From Raillietiella orientalis (Eukaryota), in assembly GCA_036172245.1 (NCBI GenBank), contig JAYWIR010000036.1, positions 1,364,001-1,428,000 on the forward strand: a DNA stretch of 64,000 bases. Direction: 5' to 3'. Position numbers and translations under genes: made by a program. Below the pieces are notes generated by a model, which was not told where the DNA came from, did not search any database, and saw only the letters and a program-made list of their open reading frames with translations. Every line of letters starts with the position of its first letter. Within the stretch, counting starts at the first letter, position 1. Shown here one piece after another: positions 53,256 through 63,532 of this stretch.

Positions 53256-53636
53256 ATGTCAGTGAAAGCCATGAAGTCCAGAAAGCAGGAGAGACCCCGG
53301 TCCAAGATGGAAAGGCTGTCGAATTCCGTGAAATTCGAGAAGTTTGTCACCAGCGGAGAACCAACCGACAGCGTACGAGCTGTCCCCGGGATTGGCTACG
53401 TGCTGGCGGAGCACCTGGTCGACAACCAACTGACCACGGTCAGTGACCTGAATGAAGTCTACAAGAAAGCCAGCGAGAACGAGGAGGCCTTCATGAAGTA
53501 CGTGTACGAAGGCATCCTTCAGTCCAACAGGCGCTTCCAGGACAACGTAAAGGTCATCTACTCAGCGCTTAAAGCGTGGAACGGCTCCAGGAGAGGCCAC
53601 CAGAAGGCGTACAAAGCAAGTCAAGTCAAGTGCTAG
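53256..53636 (+). CDS. Divergent BAF-like protein, copy C (126 aa; possibly 211 aa with an upstream exon 52956-53188)
   Basis: SNSVKFEKFVTSGEPTDSVRAVPGIGYVLAEHL...NEEAFMKY...IYSALKAWN is the closest of the six to canonical BAF (S4, K6, F10, V11, V20, GIG-x-VL, L34, E56, F59, L81, W84 equivalents retained). AATAAA at 53648-53653. Confidence 0.85.
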   Translation: MSVKAMKSRKQERPRSKMERLSNSVKFEKFVTSGEPTDSVRAVPGIGYVLAEHLVDNQLTTVSDLNEVYKKASENEEAFMKYVYEGILQSNRRFQDNVKVIYSALKAWNGSRRGHQKAYKASQVKC

Positions 53637-54391
53637 CCAAGTCCCACAATAAAGATGCGGTTTCCATTTGAGACGTTGTCGTTGTGTGCATGCGAGTCAG
53701 GATTGTCTCTAGAATGCACCCTCTACAGCCTCTTCCCAGGGACATCCAGCAAGGGGAAGCGCTACGCTACCTGCCATGGACCATCCTGGAAAGTTCTGGG
53801 CGGTCATCATTTCCAACAGGGAAAGGGACGGGGAACCAGCACGATCGGGAGGAGGGGAAGGGAGGACGGGCGGCGGAGACCCCACTCGGGCGTTTCGGGA
53901 GCCACCGATCCACTTCCGAAGAACAAAAAGAAGGAGAAGGACGGGAATTGCCGTCAGCTCTTCGTGGGGCTCGGAGGGGACGGGGCGGACAGGAACCGGG
54001 GAAGAGGAGGGAGCGTCTTCCTCGTCCTCTGGACCGACCGACCAAACTCTTCCCGGCGGGCGAGGAGCGAAGGCGAGCGCGCGTCTCAGCCGTGCGGACG
54101 CAGCCGGACTGCAGCGCGGCCGACTACTGTTGTCCACTCCCCAAGGGGGCGCTCTCTTAAAGGTTACAAACAACAGCAACGCGCGGCGGCGACGGAGGGG
54201 AGGCGCCGAGGCCATCGGGCCGCCTCTCCTCTGGGCGCGCGCGAGAGCACCGGAGGGTGTTGTCACGGACGGAGAGCGCGCGAGGGGTGGGTGCGCAGCC
54301 GCGCGGCCCGCACCGACCGACCGACCGCCACTCGGACGCGCCTATCGCTCTCCTCCTTCCCTTCCCTTCCCCTCCCCCTTTCCGGCGCCTC

Positions 54392-54424
54392 CATTCCCAT
54401 CGGGTTTCGAACCCGATGGGAATG
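54392..54424. repeat. Perfect 15-bp hairpin in the palindrome spacer
   Basis: cattcccatcgggtt-tcg-aacccgatgggaatg. Confidence 0.9.
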
Positions 54425-57400
54425 CCGACGACGATGACGACTCAAGGGGGCGGTCGTGGCGCCCTCTCCGCTAGCTCCCGCGTAGCGTGCGGGTCGGTGC
54501 CTCCCAGGACCGCAGCCGCCGCGCGCCATCTTCACGTCCCAGCGGCCCGGGGCCCCGCAGGAAGAAGAAGAGGAGGGACAGGGCATTTCCCCCGTGCGCG
54601 TGCCCTCGACCCGCAGTTCCTATCCCCCCCCCCCTCTCGCCCGCAGTCCTACAGCCGCCCTTTCGATGCTCCGCCTTCCCTGCCTCCATCCGGCGCCACG
54701 AACAAGCGCCAGCGAAAATGCGGCGTGTTTCCCCCGCGCGCAGCTTTGCGGACAAAAAAAGAGGGAGGAGAGACGGCGGCGCAGTGACCAGGAGAGGAGC
54801 CAACCGGATCCACGATCGAGGCAGAGGGAAGGTGACCCCGCGGGAGCGCGGGAGATGCCTCTCCGAGTCGCGCGTTCCAGACGGGCGCCACCCTTCTCCG
54901 CGTGCAGCCGGAGCAGAAAGGGAGGACCCCAAGCGACGCATCCTCGCCTGTCCATCGCGGCCTGCGGGCACCGCCAGGCGTGGATGCGCGCTTTCCGTCT
55001 AGCGGCTGCATCACCGGGAAGGGAGGTAGGTCCATCTGGGTGGAGGTGGAGGAGCGCCGTCGGGTCTCCGATCCTCCGTACGAACAGCCATCGTCCACCG
55101 AGGCGCGGACCGACCGTGGAAGCGCCGTGGAGGACAGGCAGGCGGTGCGAGCGGAGGCGCTGCCGAAGGCCTCTCGCGGTCGCCGTCCGAAGCTGCCCGG
55201 GAAAGCGCTGCGTTCGGAAAGCGACCCGGCGCGCCTTTGCCCGAGGCTTCCGAGGCTGCGGAAGCAGGAAGTGCCCCAGCGACGGGCCCGCCGGCAACGG
55301 GGAACGCATCGATGCCCGCCGGATGCCCAGATGAGCTCGCCCTCGCCCGGCCGCGTCCGCACTGGCGACGGCGCTACCAACGAAGCAGCACACTAGGCGA
55401 ACCACGAGCAGTCGCAAGGGTGGAGGAGCGAGCGGATGGTGGACCTCTTCCGGGTCCGTTTCCCGCCCCCAAGCTCCCCGTCTGCTGCCTTCGTCGCATC
55501 CGATCCTCTCCCGCACGCCCACCGGTCCATCCCGTCGCCTCGCCCCACGGGAGAGGCAGACGCCGCCACTCCCCGAAGGGACCGCACCTCAAGGGTGCGC
55601 AGTAGCGGGTCACCGGGAGGCTAACGCAGGACCCGAGAGGCTAACCTTTTGCGCTCCCGACAACGAAAGGGGTGCGTTCGATGCCTTTTCGGCGGGTTCC
55701 AGTCCTATTGTAGGTGCCGCCACACGGTGACACTGCCACTTGGCACGAACGCGACCACCCCTTTGCCCCGCCGCTCGCACGAGGTCGCTTGTCGACTCAT
55801 CCTTGGGCCGAGAAGGCCTTGGAAGGGCTGCAGCGAGATGGTCCAGCGACCAGGAAGATACCCCGAACAGATTTGCGTTGGCAGCGCCGTGATGGGCGTG
55901 GTGTCCCTGCGCCAGGCTGGCGACGCCACTTCCGCGACGGAGGGCCGTCTGCCGCTCTCGCAGCGATCTCCGTGCAATTCGCTCGCCGGCCGGCGGGGGG
56001 CGCTACACCGCGGTGCTGCCGGACGTGGTCCAGGGCAGCACCGAGACCCTCAGCGCGGTGTTTACGCAGGAAGAAGAGCCGCCTTCCAGAGGAGCGGGTC
56101 GCAGATCCGCCAATAGTTCCAGGAGAAGGCAGCTGGGGACAGAAGATGGCGTGCAGTTCGCCCGCCTCTTCGGCGCAAGCCGACGCCATACTGTCGGGAT
56201 GCGACCCAACGTGACCCCGCGGTCCCGCGGGACGTGCTGCGGTCGCCAGCCTCCTAGTCTCCCCTGCTCACGGGGGTCACTTGGGTGGTGCTCGCACGGC
56301 AGCGGTGTGAAGAGGCCTCCCGAGCTGCGCCAGTGACGCGTCGCCGGATTCCTATGATACCATCGTCTTTCCTGGGTGTACCTGGAATCGAGAAACGCGA
56401 GGGGATGGCTGGGTGGCAGCGTCTCAGTAGTCGGCGTGTGGACAGGGATAGAATTTGCTTCGGGGTTTCCTCACCAGCTCTTGCGCTCTTTCGCTCGCTG
56501 GCGCCCTCTGGTTTCTATGCGCTGTCTCCCGTCGGCTTCCGGAAGTCGCCCGAATCTTTGCTAGATGGGGAACCAGAAAGATGCTCTCATGGTCACTCCG
56601 TCTCCCCAGGCAATCGCGACTGCGCTGGTCGCCTCCACTGTCGAGCTGCATCTCTGTTCTCCGTGACGTGTGACCCGCCGACGCGACGAGCACTGTTTTG
56701 TCCCCAGATTCTCGCCTCCAGCGACCTCTCATCTTGGGATGCACTGATGGTCTTCCTTGGAGTGAAGGCGTGCTTCCGCTGCCGTCTACTGCAGAAGAAA
56801 CGATGCTCTCCAAAGATTGAAGCCGTCCGGTGACTGTGCATGCGCGAAGTCTGCTCCTGTGCCCTCCCACCTCCTCCGATAGCACCGCGGAAATCCCAAA
56901 AGCGCTAGCAGCGGTGGGAGTCGTGCCTGCAGATCGAACTGCTGGAGAGCCCCGGCTGCCGAGACGGCGTCCAAGGCTTTCTCGAAGGCGGAAAACAGGG
57001 AGGTGCAGCCGGTCCCGTGCTCTTTTCGTTTCCAGGGAGGCGATGAGGGCCACTGGCGCTCACGGATGCCGGGGTTTCCAAGTTCGCCGCGGTCCCCCGT
57101 TGGACCACCACTCGGTTACGCAGGGACGTGTATTGAAATAAACAAGAAACAACTAACGTTCGAATCAAAGATCGGCCTTGCTAGGCTGCCGGTACGCAGG
57201 CCGTTGAGTTTCACCCTCGGAAGTGGAGGGGAGGGGAGAAACAAAAGGAAAAATAAATATGTAAACACTCTGGAGGGTCATGGTTAGGGATAGCAATCCA
57301 CTGGAAGACGTTCTCTGCATCCTTCCCAGGATGCCGGCAAGTTCTTCCGTATGTTCCCCAGGGGCCATCTGGACGCTATCTTCAGAAAGTGAACTGCAAG

Positions 57401-58383
57401 CTGGATAGCGTTCCTTCCGTTCGGCCCTCTTTCAGCATCGCTCCAGGATGCCACAATCCCACAGAGCTGCCGGGACTGCGGCTGGTGGAAGAGCATCCTG
57501 CACAAGAGGGGTCGAAAAACTTCCCTGGAATTGATCACAAGAGTCCGCTGCGTCTTTCCAGTGAGTTCTCATAGGGACTGGAGTGCAAGACCATGCACGA
57601 GCAGATGCGGGAGAGTGGATTCCAGTTCTCCGCACATGCGACAGTCCGGAATCTCACTCCCTAGTGTCCTGTGATGGAGGCTGGCGCTGCAGGAAAAGAT
57701 CCCAGTGTAACGGAGGAAATGCCGACTCCTGTCATTCCAGGGGGAAAGCGTTGCTGTCCACGAACACCGGGGCCGCTTTGAGTCGGCAGTAAAAACACCG
57801 CCGGGCAGCTCGCCCCTGCGTTGAAGTCCTCGTGGAAGGGTACTTGGGGTCGCAGAGTCGGTCAGTTGGCCCGTAGTCCAAACACTTGTCTTCCTCCTGC
57901 CTGAGATCTCGCAGGAGACCTCCCACCTCTCCAGTTGGCTGCTACCATTCGCTTCTCTCAGGGTGGGCAGCGCCGCGGCCAGAGGGGTGCTCTCCGCCCA
58001 ATCCTGGACTCTCCAGGATCTTCCGCAGCAGGCGCGGATGCCAAGAGCACAGGCAGTTCCACGTCTGTGAGCTGGACTCCTTGATCTTGGTCCAATTGTG
58101 AACCGTTTCTTCTAGCCGGGCGCTAGGGTTGTCAGGGCAGCAGCCGGCCATTTAGCCGCTCTCATGTTCTCATTCGCAATGATGGCTAAACGCTAGAGAA
58201 GGACTCCTCCTCACTCCGGTGGACATGCGGGAGGGAAACACTCAAGTTTAGGTCGTCCCACGGGCTGCAAGGGATGAAATGCCCTTTTCCTTTTGCCTCC
58301 CTCTCCCCAAAATGGAGTCAAGTTCAGGGAGAGTTTATTGCCTCCGAGGTTGCCGACACTCGCTCCCGATGTTTCGCTCTCGT

Positions 58384-59373
58384 TCACTTGTCCTGTCCAT
58401 GGATTCGGTTCCAGTCCTCAAGGGCCTTCGACACGACTTTTAAGTTCTTCTGTAACTGAGCATCGGAATGCAGATAAGAAGCAGAGACCACTTGCTGGAA
58501 CTTCTCTCCGTCTTTGTTGCATCTCAGAAACTCGTCGTACAGGTGCTTCACCCTCGTGATCTCTGCCTCCAGTAGGTAGTGGTACATCCTCGAGTTCACG
58601 CCGGGAATGGCTCTGACCGAGATGCAGAGGTCGTGACAGTTCAGAAATTCTGCGTACAAATCGCTGCTCGAGAGAACGGTGCTCATGTCCGCGACAGCAG
58701 CTAGTCCATTTAAGTGCTCAGCATCATGAGGCAGACTCTGCGACTCCAGAGCAACCGCTTCTACCAGCTCCTTTCCCGCCGAAGATGGCCCATCACGAAA
58801 CGCATCCAATAGAAAAGCGACCGTGGAGGAATCCATTGAGGTATCGCTTTCGGGCCTCGCGAGAAAATCGGAGATCATGGACATTCTCTTTTCCAGCTGG
58901 CAGCACAGGCTAAACCGAAGGATCTCTACGAAGCGCTCCTGGTTGTTAAAGTTTTGAGTGCACACGATCTGTATGTAGTTCCTGATGCTGTTTTCCAGGT
59001 ACGCGAAAAACTGTCTCTGGAGCCGTTCCGGAAGCTGCAGCTTGAGGGCCAGCAGTTCCATCTGGTCAGGATTCAGATGGAACTGCAGTTGCGACGTCTC
59101 CTCGCTGTCTGCGAGGGAAGACCTGGACAGCTTGTTGCCGCTTCTCGGTCGGGGTCGGAATTGAGCGCCGTCGGGACCTTTTCCAGTCCACGCCTGTGAC
59201 TCCTTAGAATATCCTGATCCCTCGGCAGTCGAGGAAGGAATATTGCAAACAAGGAAGAAATTGTTCACTGCTGATTCCACGAACTGATAGAACGCGTCCC
59301 CCTCGTCTTTAAATATGTCCTCATATTGGATGAGCGCACTTTCCCGTGCTGAAGATTTCCTTCTGGCTTGCAT
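58384..59373 (-). CDS. BAF-like domain protein, copy C' (329 aa): unrecognised ~230-aa N-terminal region fused to a C-terminal BAF-like domain
   Basis: First ATG at 59373 in a gccATG context (the ORF track starts at an upstream GTG). The C-terminus reads LSSSDLYAEFLNCHDLCISVRAIPGVNSRMYHYL...FLRCNKDGEKF...NLKVVSKALEDWN. AATAAA at 58334-58339 on the minus strand. Confidence 0.8.
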   Translation of the reverse strand: MQARRKSSARESALIQYEDIFKDEGDAFYQFVESAVNNFFLVCNIPSSTAEGSGYSKESQAWTGKGPDGAQFRPRPRSGNKLSRSSLADSEETSQLQFHLNPDQMELLALKLQLPERLQRQFFAYLENSIRNYIQIVCTQNFNNQERFVEILRFSLCCQLEKRMSMISDFLARPESDTSMDSSTVAFLLDAFRDGPSSAGKELVEAVALESQSLPHDAEHLNGLAAVADMSTVLSSSDLYAEFLNCHDLCISVRAIPGVNSRMYHYLLEAEITRVKHLYDEFLRCNKDGEKFQQVVSASYLHSDAQLQKNLKVVSKALEDWNRIHGQDK

Positions 59374-61764
59374 GGCGCCCCCTGAAGGTCCCAGCAAAAG
59401 TTTTCCCGAGCAGGATATCCTCCTGTCCTTGCGCGGCACTCAGTAACGCTCCCGGGATTCGCCTACTTCTTCTTCCAGACAGGCGGATACAAGCGGAGAG
59501 GAGCGGGAATTCCCTTGCAGCTCGCAGTAGCCTCCTGAAGCCTCCGCTCCCACTGGCACAGAGCACACCTACCGACAAGAAGAAAGAGAAAAACACTCGA
59601 CTTGGAAATTTCAAATTTTCGTCCGAGAAGGTGGTTTCCAGGCAACGCACTCTTTGCGCGCGGCATCTGGCTCCTCCATCCGCTCGCCGCGCTCCGGGAG
59701 GCGTCTCGCTGGCAGGCGGGGACCGCAAGAGTCGTAAGGAGGCGACCGGGAGCACGGAGATACGGGAACCGGACAAAGAATTGGGAAGAAGGAAGGGAGG
59801 AGGGTTCCGAAGCTGGACGTATGGAGTCGAGGAGCACCCGAAGATGCGTCAGTACCATCCTCTCTGCTATGCAAGCTCTGGGGCCAGCTTCCTCTACTCA
59901 CCGTAGGGGATTTTCCGATGTCGTCCCCATCACCTCCTCCACGCGAATCGCACGCAGGCTGCACATGAGCTGCACCTCATCGAGCGCATAACCGTCCTTG
60001 GGCGAGGCATCCAGCAGAACCTCTGCTGTCCACTCCGGGGTAGCGTGGGGTTGAAAGGCTACCAGCCCCGAGGGTTTTCATCACCCTGGATCGGCAACAT
60101 CGAGGCACTGTCTACCCCTCATCGTCATCCCGTCTGCCCGGATCCTCGGCACTTCTCTTGAAGAAATTGATCGCAAGCAAATGGTACCCTGCCCCGAAAA
60201 AGGCCGCGAGCAGTATCGCGGAAGGGCCCATCGATGCACATGAGTTCGCACTCGCGTAATGCGCACCTCACTTTCGCCTCCCGCTGGCTTTCGGGACCTG
60301 CGAAGAGAAGCACGCCGCTCAGCTGAGACCGAGTCTGCATCAGAGAGGCCCCAGCGACCGAGTCGGGAGGGGAGAAGAGATGTCAGGGCGAAGAGCAGTG
60401 AACATCAAGCTCTACGCCTCGGACGAATGGCAAGGCACTCCCACGCAGAGCTGTCTCGAAGATCAGCCGCAAGCGTATCCAATTGTTCCCACCAGCGGCC
60501 ATGTCCACCGCTCTCAGGAAGAGCCGTAGCAGACATGGGCAAAATCCCACCAAAAGCGCGTCCTCGAACGCGATGACCAACATCCGCCCCGGAAAGGACG
60601 CTTCCTCCTCCACGAAGGCTCCTCGTACGCACGCGTCTCCAGGTGTGCAACGGAAACTGCGGCACCCTGGAGTGGAGCACATCCGTCTCAAGACAAGCGC
60701 TCGAATGAAGAACGCGATTCAGCGTCCGCAAGCCGTCGGCTGAACCACTCCACCCGCTGGGAAGTTGAAGACCTGAAGTCCGCCTCGCGGACATGAGGCC
60801 CCTCAGCAGGCGCGACGGCGCACGCGCGAAGCAGCCTCGGACCGGCCAGCGACCACCGGTAAGCACGCGACCGAGCAGAATGCGAGACGGAGGTACCAAC
60901 ACCAATCTCCAGAAATCCCCACCCTGCCGGTCACCCGGTCTTGCACCACGGGCACGCCTCTCACCTGAGCTCATTGCGCAGACAAGGGCTCACCGCGCCA
61001 CGCTTCGGGTGCCGGGCCGGACCATGCGCTGCATACCAACAAACAAAGAGCTTCCGCGCGCACCTGGGAAACCGCAAGCAGAGGCGTCCGAGGCAAAGCC
61101 ACTGAAAGCGAGCCACAGTGGAGAGCGCACGGCGCCACGGAGTGCATCTTCGTAGAAGCCTAAAGCACAAGTGAACAGCCAGCAGCTGGCGCCCCCCTTC
61201 CCGCTCAGCATCTTCGAGTATCTCCCTTGAAGTCCGAGGAGAACCGCTCCTTACAGCCGCGCATGCAAGCGAACCTCGGAAGGAAGCGTCGCTGATGCTT
61301 CCAGGTGGCTGCGAGAAGATCGCGTACTCTCGTTACCGGGTCACCCAGCCGGCGGCTCAGAACAATCGACACCACTCTTTCCGAGTTCCGTTCTTATGGA
61401 AGAGCGACCTCGTGAGCAGTGTCTCGATGTCACGTTCAGGACTCTCTCCAGAAAATGCAAAACGTCGTGCGGATGATTTCCGAAAATCCTCACAAAAGGG
61501 ATCGCCCTCCCTTTCTCCCCTTCACCGGTCGCCAAGGCATCCCTTCCCTACAGCAGAAAAGACCAAAGGCATCAAGGAGTCCTCTCGCGGGCTGATCTCG
61601 CGTCACGAGTCCGCCAGTCGACAACCTTTCGGTGCGAGAGCAGTAGTTTAGGTAGTTAGGTCGCGGCGCTCCGGACAGGTGCTAAAACAAAGCACTGAGC
61701 CGGGCAACCCATGCACCTGGTTCCAGCAGAGCGGACGCGCTCTCGCGCGAGACTCACCTGGCGT

Positions 61765-63492
61765 CGCGTTGGTGGAGCTCCCGCGGATGCCGCAGCGCAC
61801 GGCGGCGAGCGGCCACCGCGCTCCGCAGACGTCCGACCTTCGTCATCGTGCTGGAAGGGAGCTGAGCGACTCGTCCAGGAGACCAGGAAACACCGGTCCG
61901 CGTCTCGCGAAACACGCTGTCATCCGCCTGCGCATCGAGCGCGGCGGCAAGCGGGCATCCGTTTCGTGCGCGTGCCGGCGACGTTCCGCCAACCTTCGCG
62001 GCGACCGCAGCCTTGCCGCCACGGCGCCAACGCCGCCTCACGGGTTTGAGGCGGCAGCCAGTGTCCCGCGAGGAGCCACGCGAGCCTCTGGTTCTAGCAC
62101 GCGCTCGCCTCGTCATCGTCGTCGTCGGCACGCGCCTCGCGCGCCGCGCGTTTGTCGATGAGGGCTTACGCGCGGGCATCAGCGGCCTCGCCCCTCTCCC
62201 CTCCGGAAGAGAGGAAAAGAAACAGACGGTCTCCCAGGAAACGTGCCAGTTTTGTTGGAAGCATCGATCGTCAAATTTCCGCCTCCCTCGAGCGGAAGGT
62301 GAAAAAAAATTCCCGCTCACCGGCTATCCCGTCCCGATACTCCTTCTCTCTCTCCCACCGGCGCCTTCTGCGCCTCACCCCTTCTCTCCCCCGCGCGACC
62401 AGACCTCCTGACCCCTGAACCCGGCGCGCCTGGCCAGCATGCCCAAGCGAGAAGCCTGGCAGGGATCGAAGGTGCTGCACGACCTGGAGTGCACGCTGCA
62501 GGCGCCGCTCCCCCCCAAGATCTCCCCTAAGCTCTTCCGACTGCTGAGCTCCGAGAAGTTCCAGGACTTCCTCAGCAACGTGCAGTGGTACGACGGCCTG
62601 CAGAAGATACCGGGTGTCGGCTTCAGCTTCGCTGACCAGCTGCGCCAGGCGTCCTACCTCACCGTGGACAACTTGCACTCCCTGTACCTGGAGTGCAACG
62701 AAAGCAAGCGGGACTTCGAGGAGATTCTTCGGGACCACGTTCTCAAACGAAGCAAGAGCTACCAGGACAACATAGAGGCCGTGTTCCAGGCGATGAAGTT
62801 GTGGGACCGGAAGAAGAGAATGCTTCCTCGCAAAGGAGAAGAATGGTCGCGCGCCCCGTGCAAAGCGGCTGAACCGTGAGCGCGCTCGCAGAAAGGCAAC
62901 ACCTTTTCAATAAAAAGGCTGTGGTGCAACTGCTCCGCCACCCCTATACACGGGTACCTCCTCCCCTTGTCGGCAAGAACCGGAGTCTCTTTCCAGGTGG
63001 CCTTTCTCGGCTCACGTCAGGTAGCGCTCGAATCGCAGTCGTCCATTGCGCGCGCAGCTGGAGCGAACCCCAGGCGAGAGGCGCGTTCAGCAGCTGAATC
63101 CGCGCGGAATCCCTTTCCTTGCCAGCTCCCCGGCCACGGATTCCCGCCGATCCACAAAGAGACCTGCCGAGACGCGCCGCGGCTACGCTTCCCGGTGAGG
63201 AGGGTCCTATGGGGTGTTCCACACCCCACGGTGACGACGCAGCGGCGTCGATTGGCCTCGAGACCTCCCCCTTAAGGTATCACCAAGGCAACGTCCACAA
63301 TCACCTCTCGACTTCATCTTCGTTCGAGTTTCTTCTCCTCCTCACCCTTCCATCCGGGGCTCCTCCAGCCGCCTTTCCGACCCTTCACTTCCAAGACGCG
63401 GCAGCAGCCACCGCCAGCAGGGCACGCGCGATCATCCCTGGAAGCCGGAAGACCCTCGTCCTTACAGATCCACCAACGATCGACGCAGAGAT
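61765..63492. repeat. Right arm of the 1728-bp inverted repeat
   Basis: Reverse complement of 50809-52536. Confidence 0.97.
62439..62879 (+). CDS. Divergent BAF-like protein, copy B' (146 aa, near-identical to B)
   Basis: 11 nt and 8 aa differences from 51422-51862. AATAAA at 62909-62914. Confidence 0.82.
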   Translation: MPKREAWQGSKVLHDLECTLQAPLPPKISPKLFRLLSSEKFQDFLSNVQWYDGLQKIPGVGFSFADQLRQASYLTVDNLHSLYLECNESKRDFEEILRDHVLKRSKSYQDNIEAVFQAMKLWDRKKRMLPRKGEEWSRAPCKAAEP

Positions 63493-63532
63493 AGGGGAAA
63501 GGAGTACAAAATAGATCATCTGCAAATTCTCC

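Noticed and set aside
51863..57200. Many long overlapping R/G/P/A-rich ORFs in all six frames (e.g. 51981-52865, 53655-54437, 54620-55522)
   Set aside because: Expected from stop-codon scarcity in very GC-rich DNA; no recognisable domain or consistent frame. The BAF-like ORF at 53256 is the exception.
57280..58100. Possible seventh, decayed BAF-like copy (fragments such as LEDVLCILPR, LSSE, VLVEGYLGSQ)
   Set aside because: The similarities are a few residues long, in different frames, and lack the HhH hairpin. Not supportable without a profile search.
50809..63492. Inverted repeats as terminal inverted repeats of a DNA transposon, Polinton or endogenous virus
   Set aside because: No target-site duplication at the outer ends (ttcgcggc| versus |aggggaaa). 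No transposase, integrase, polymerase or capsid ORF is recognisable in the spacer. Mirror homology continues beyond the repeat ends.
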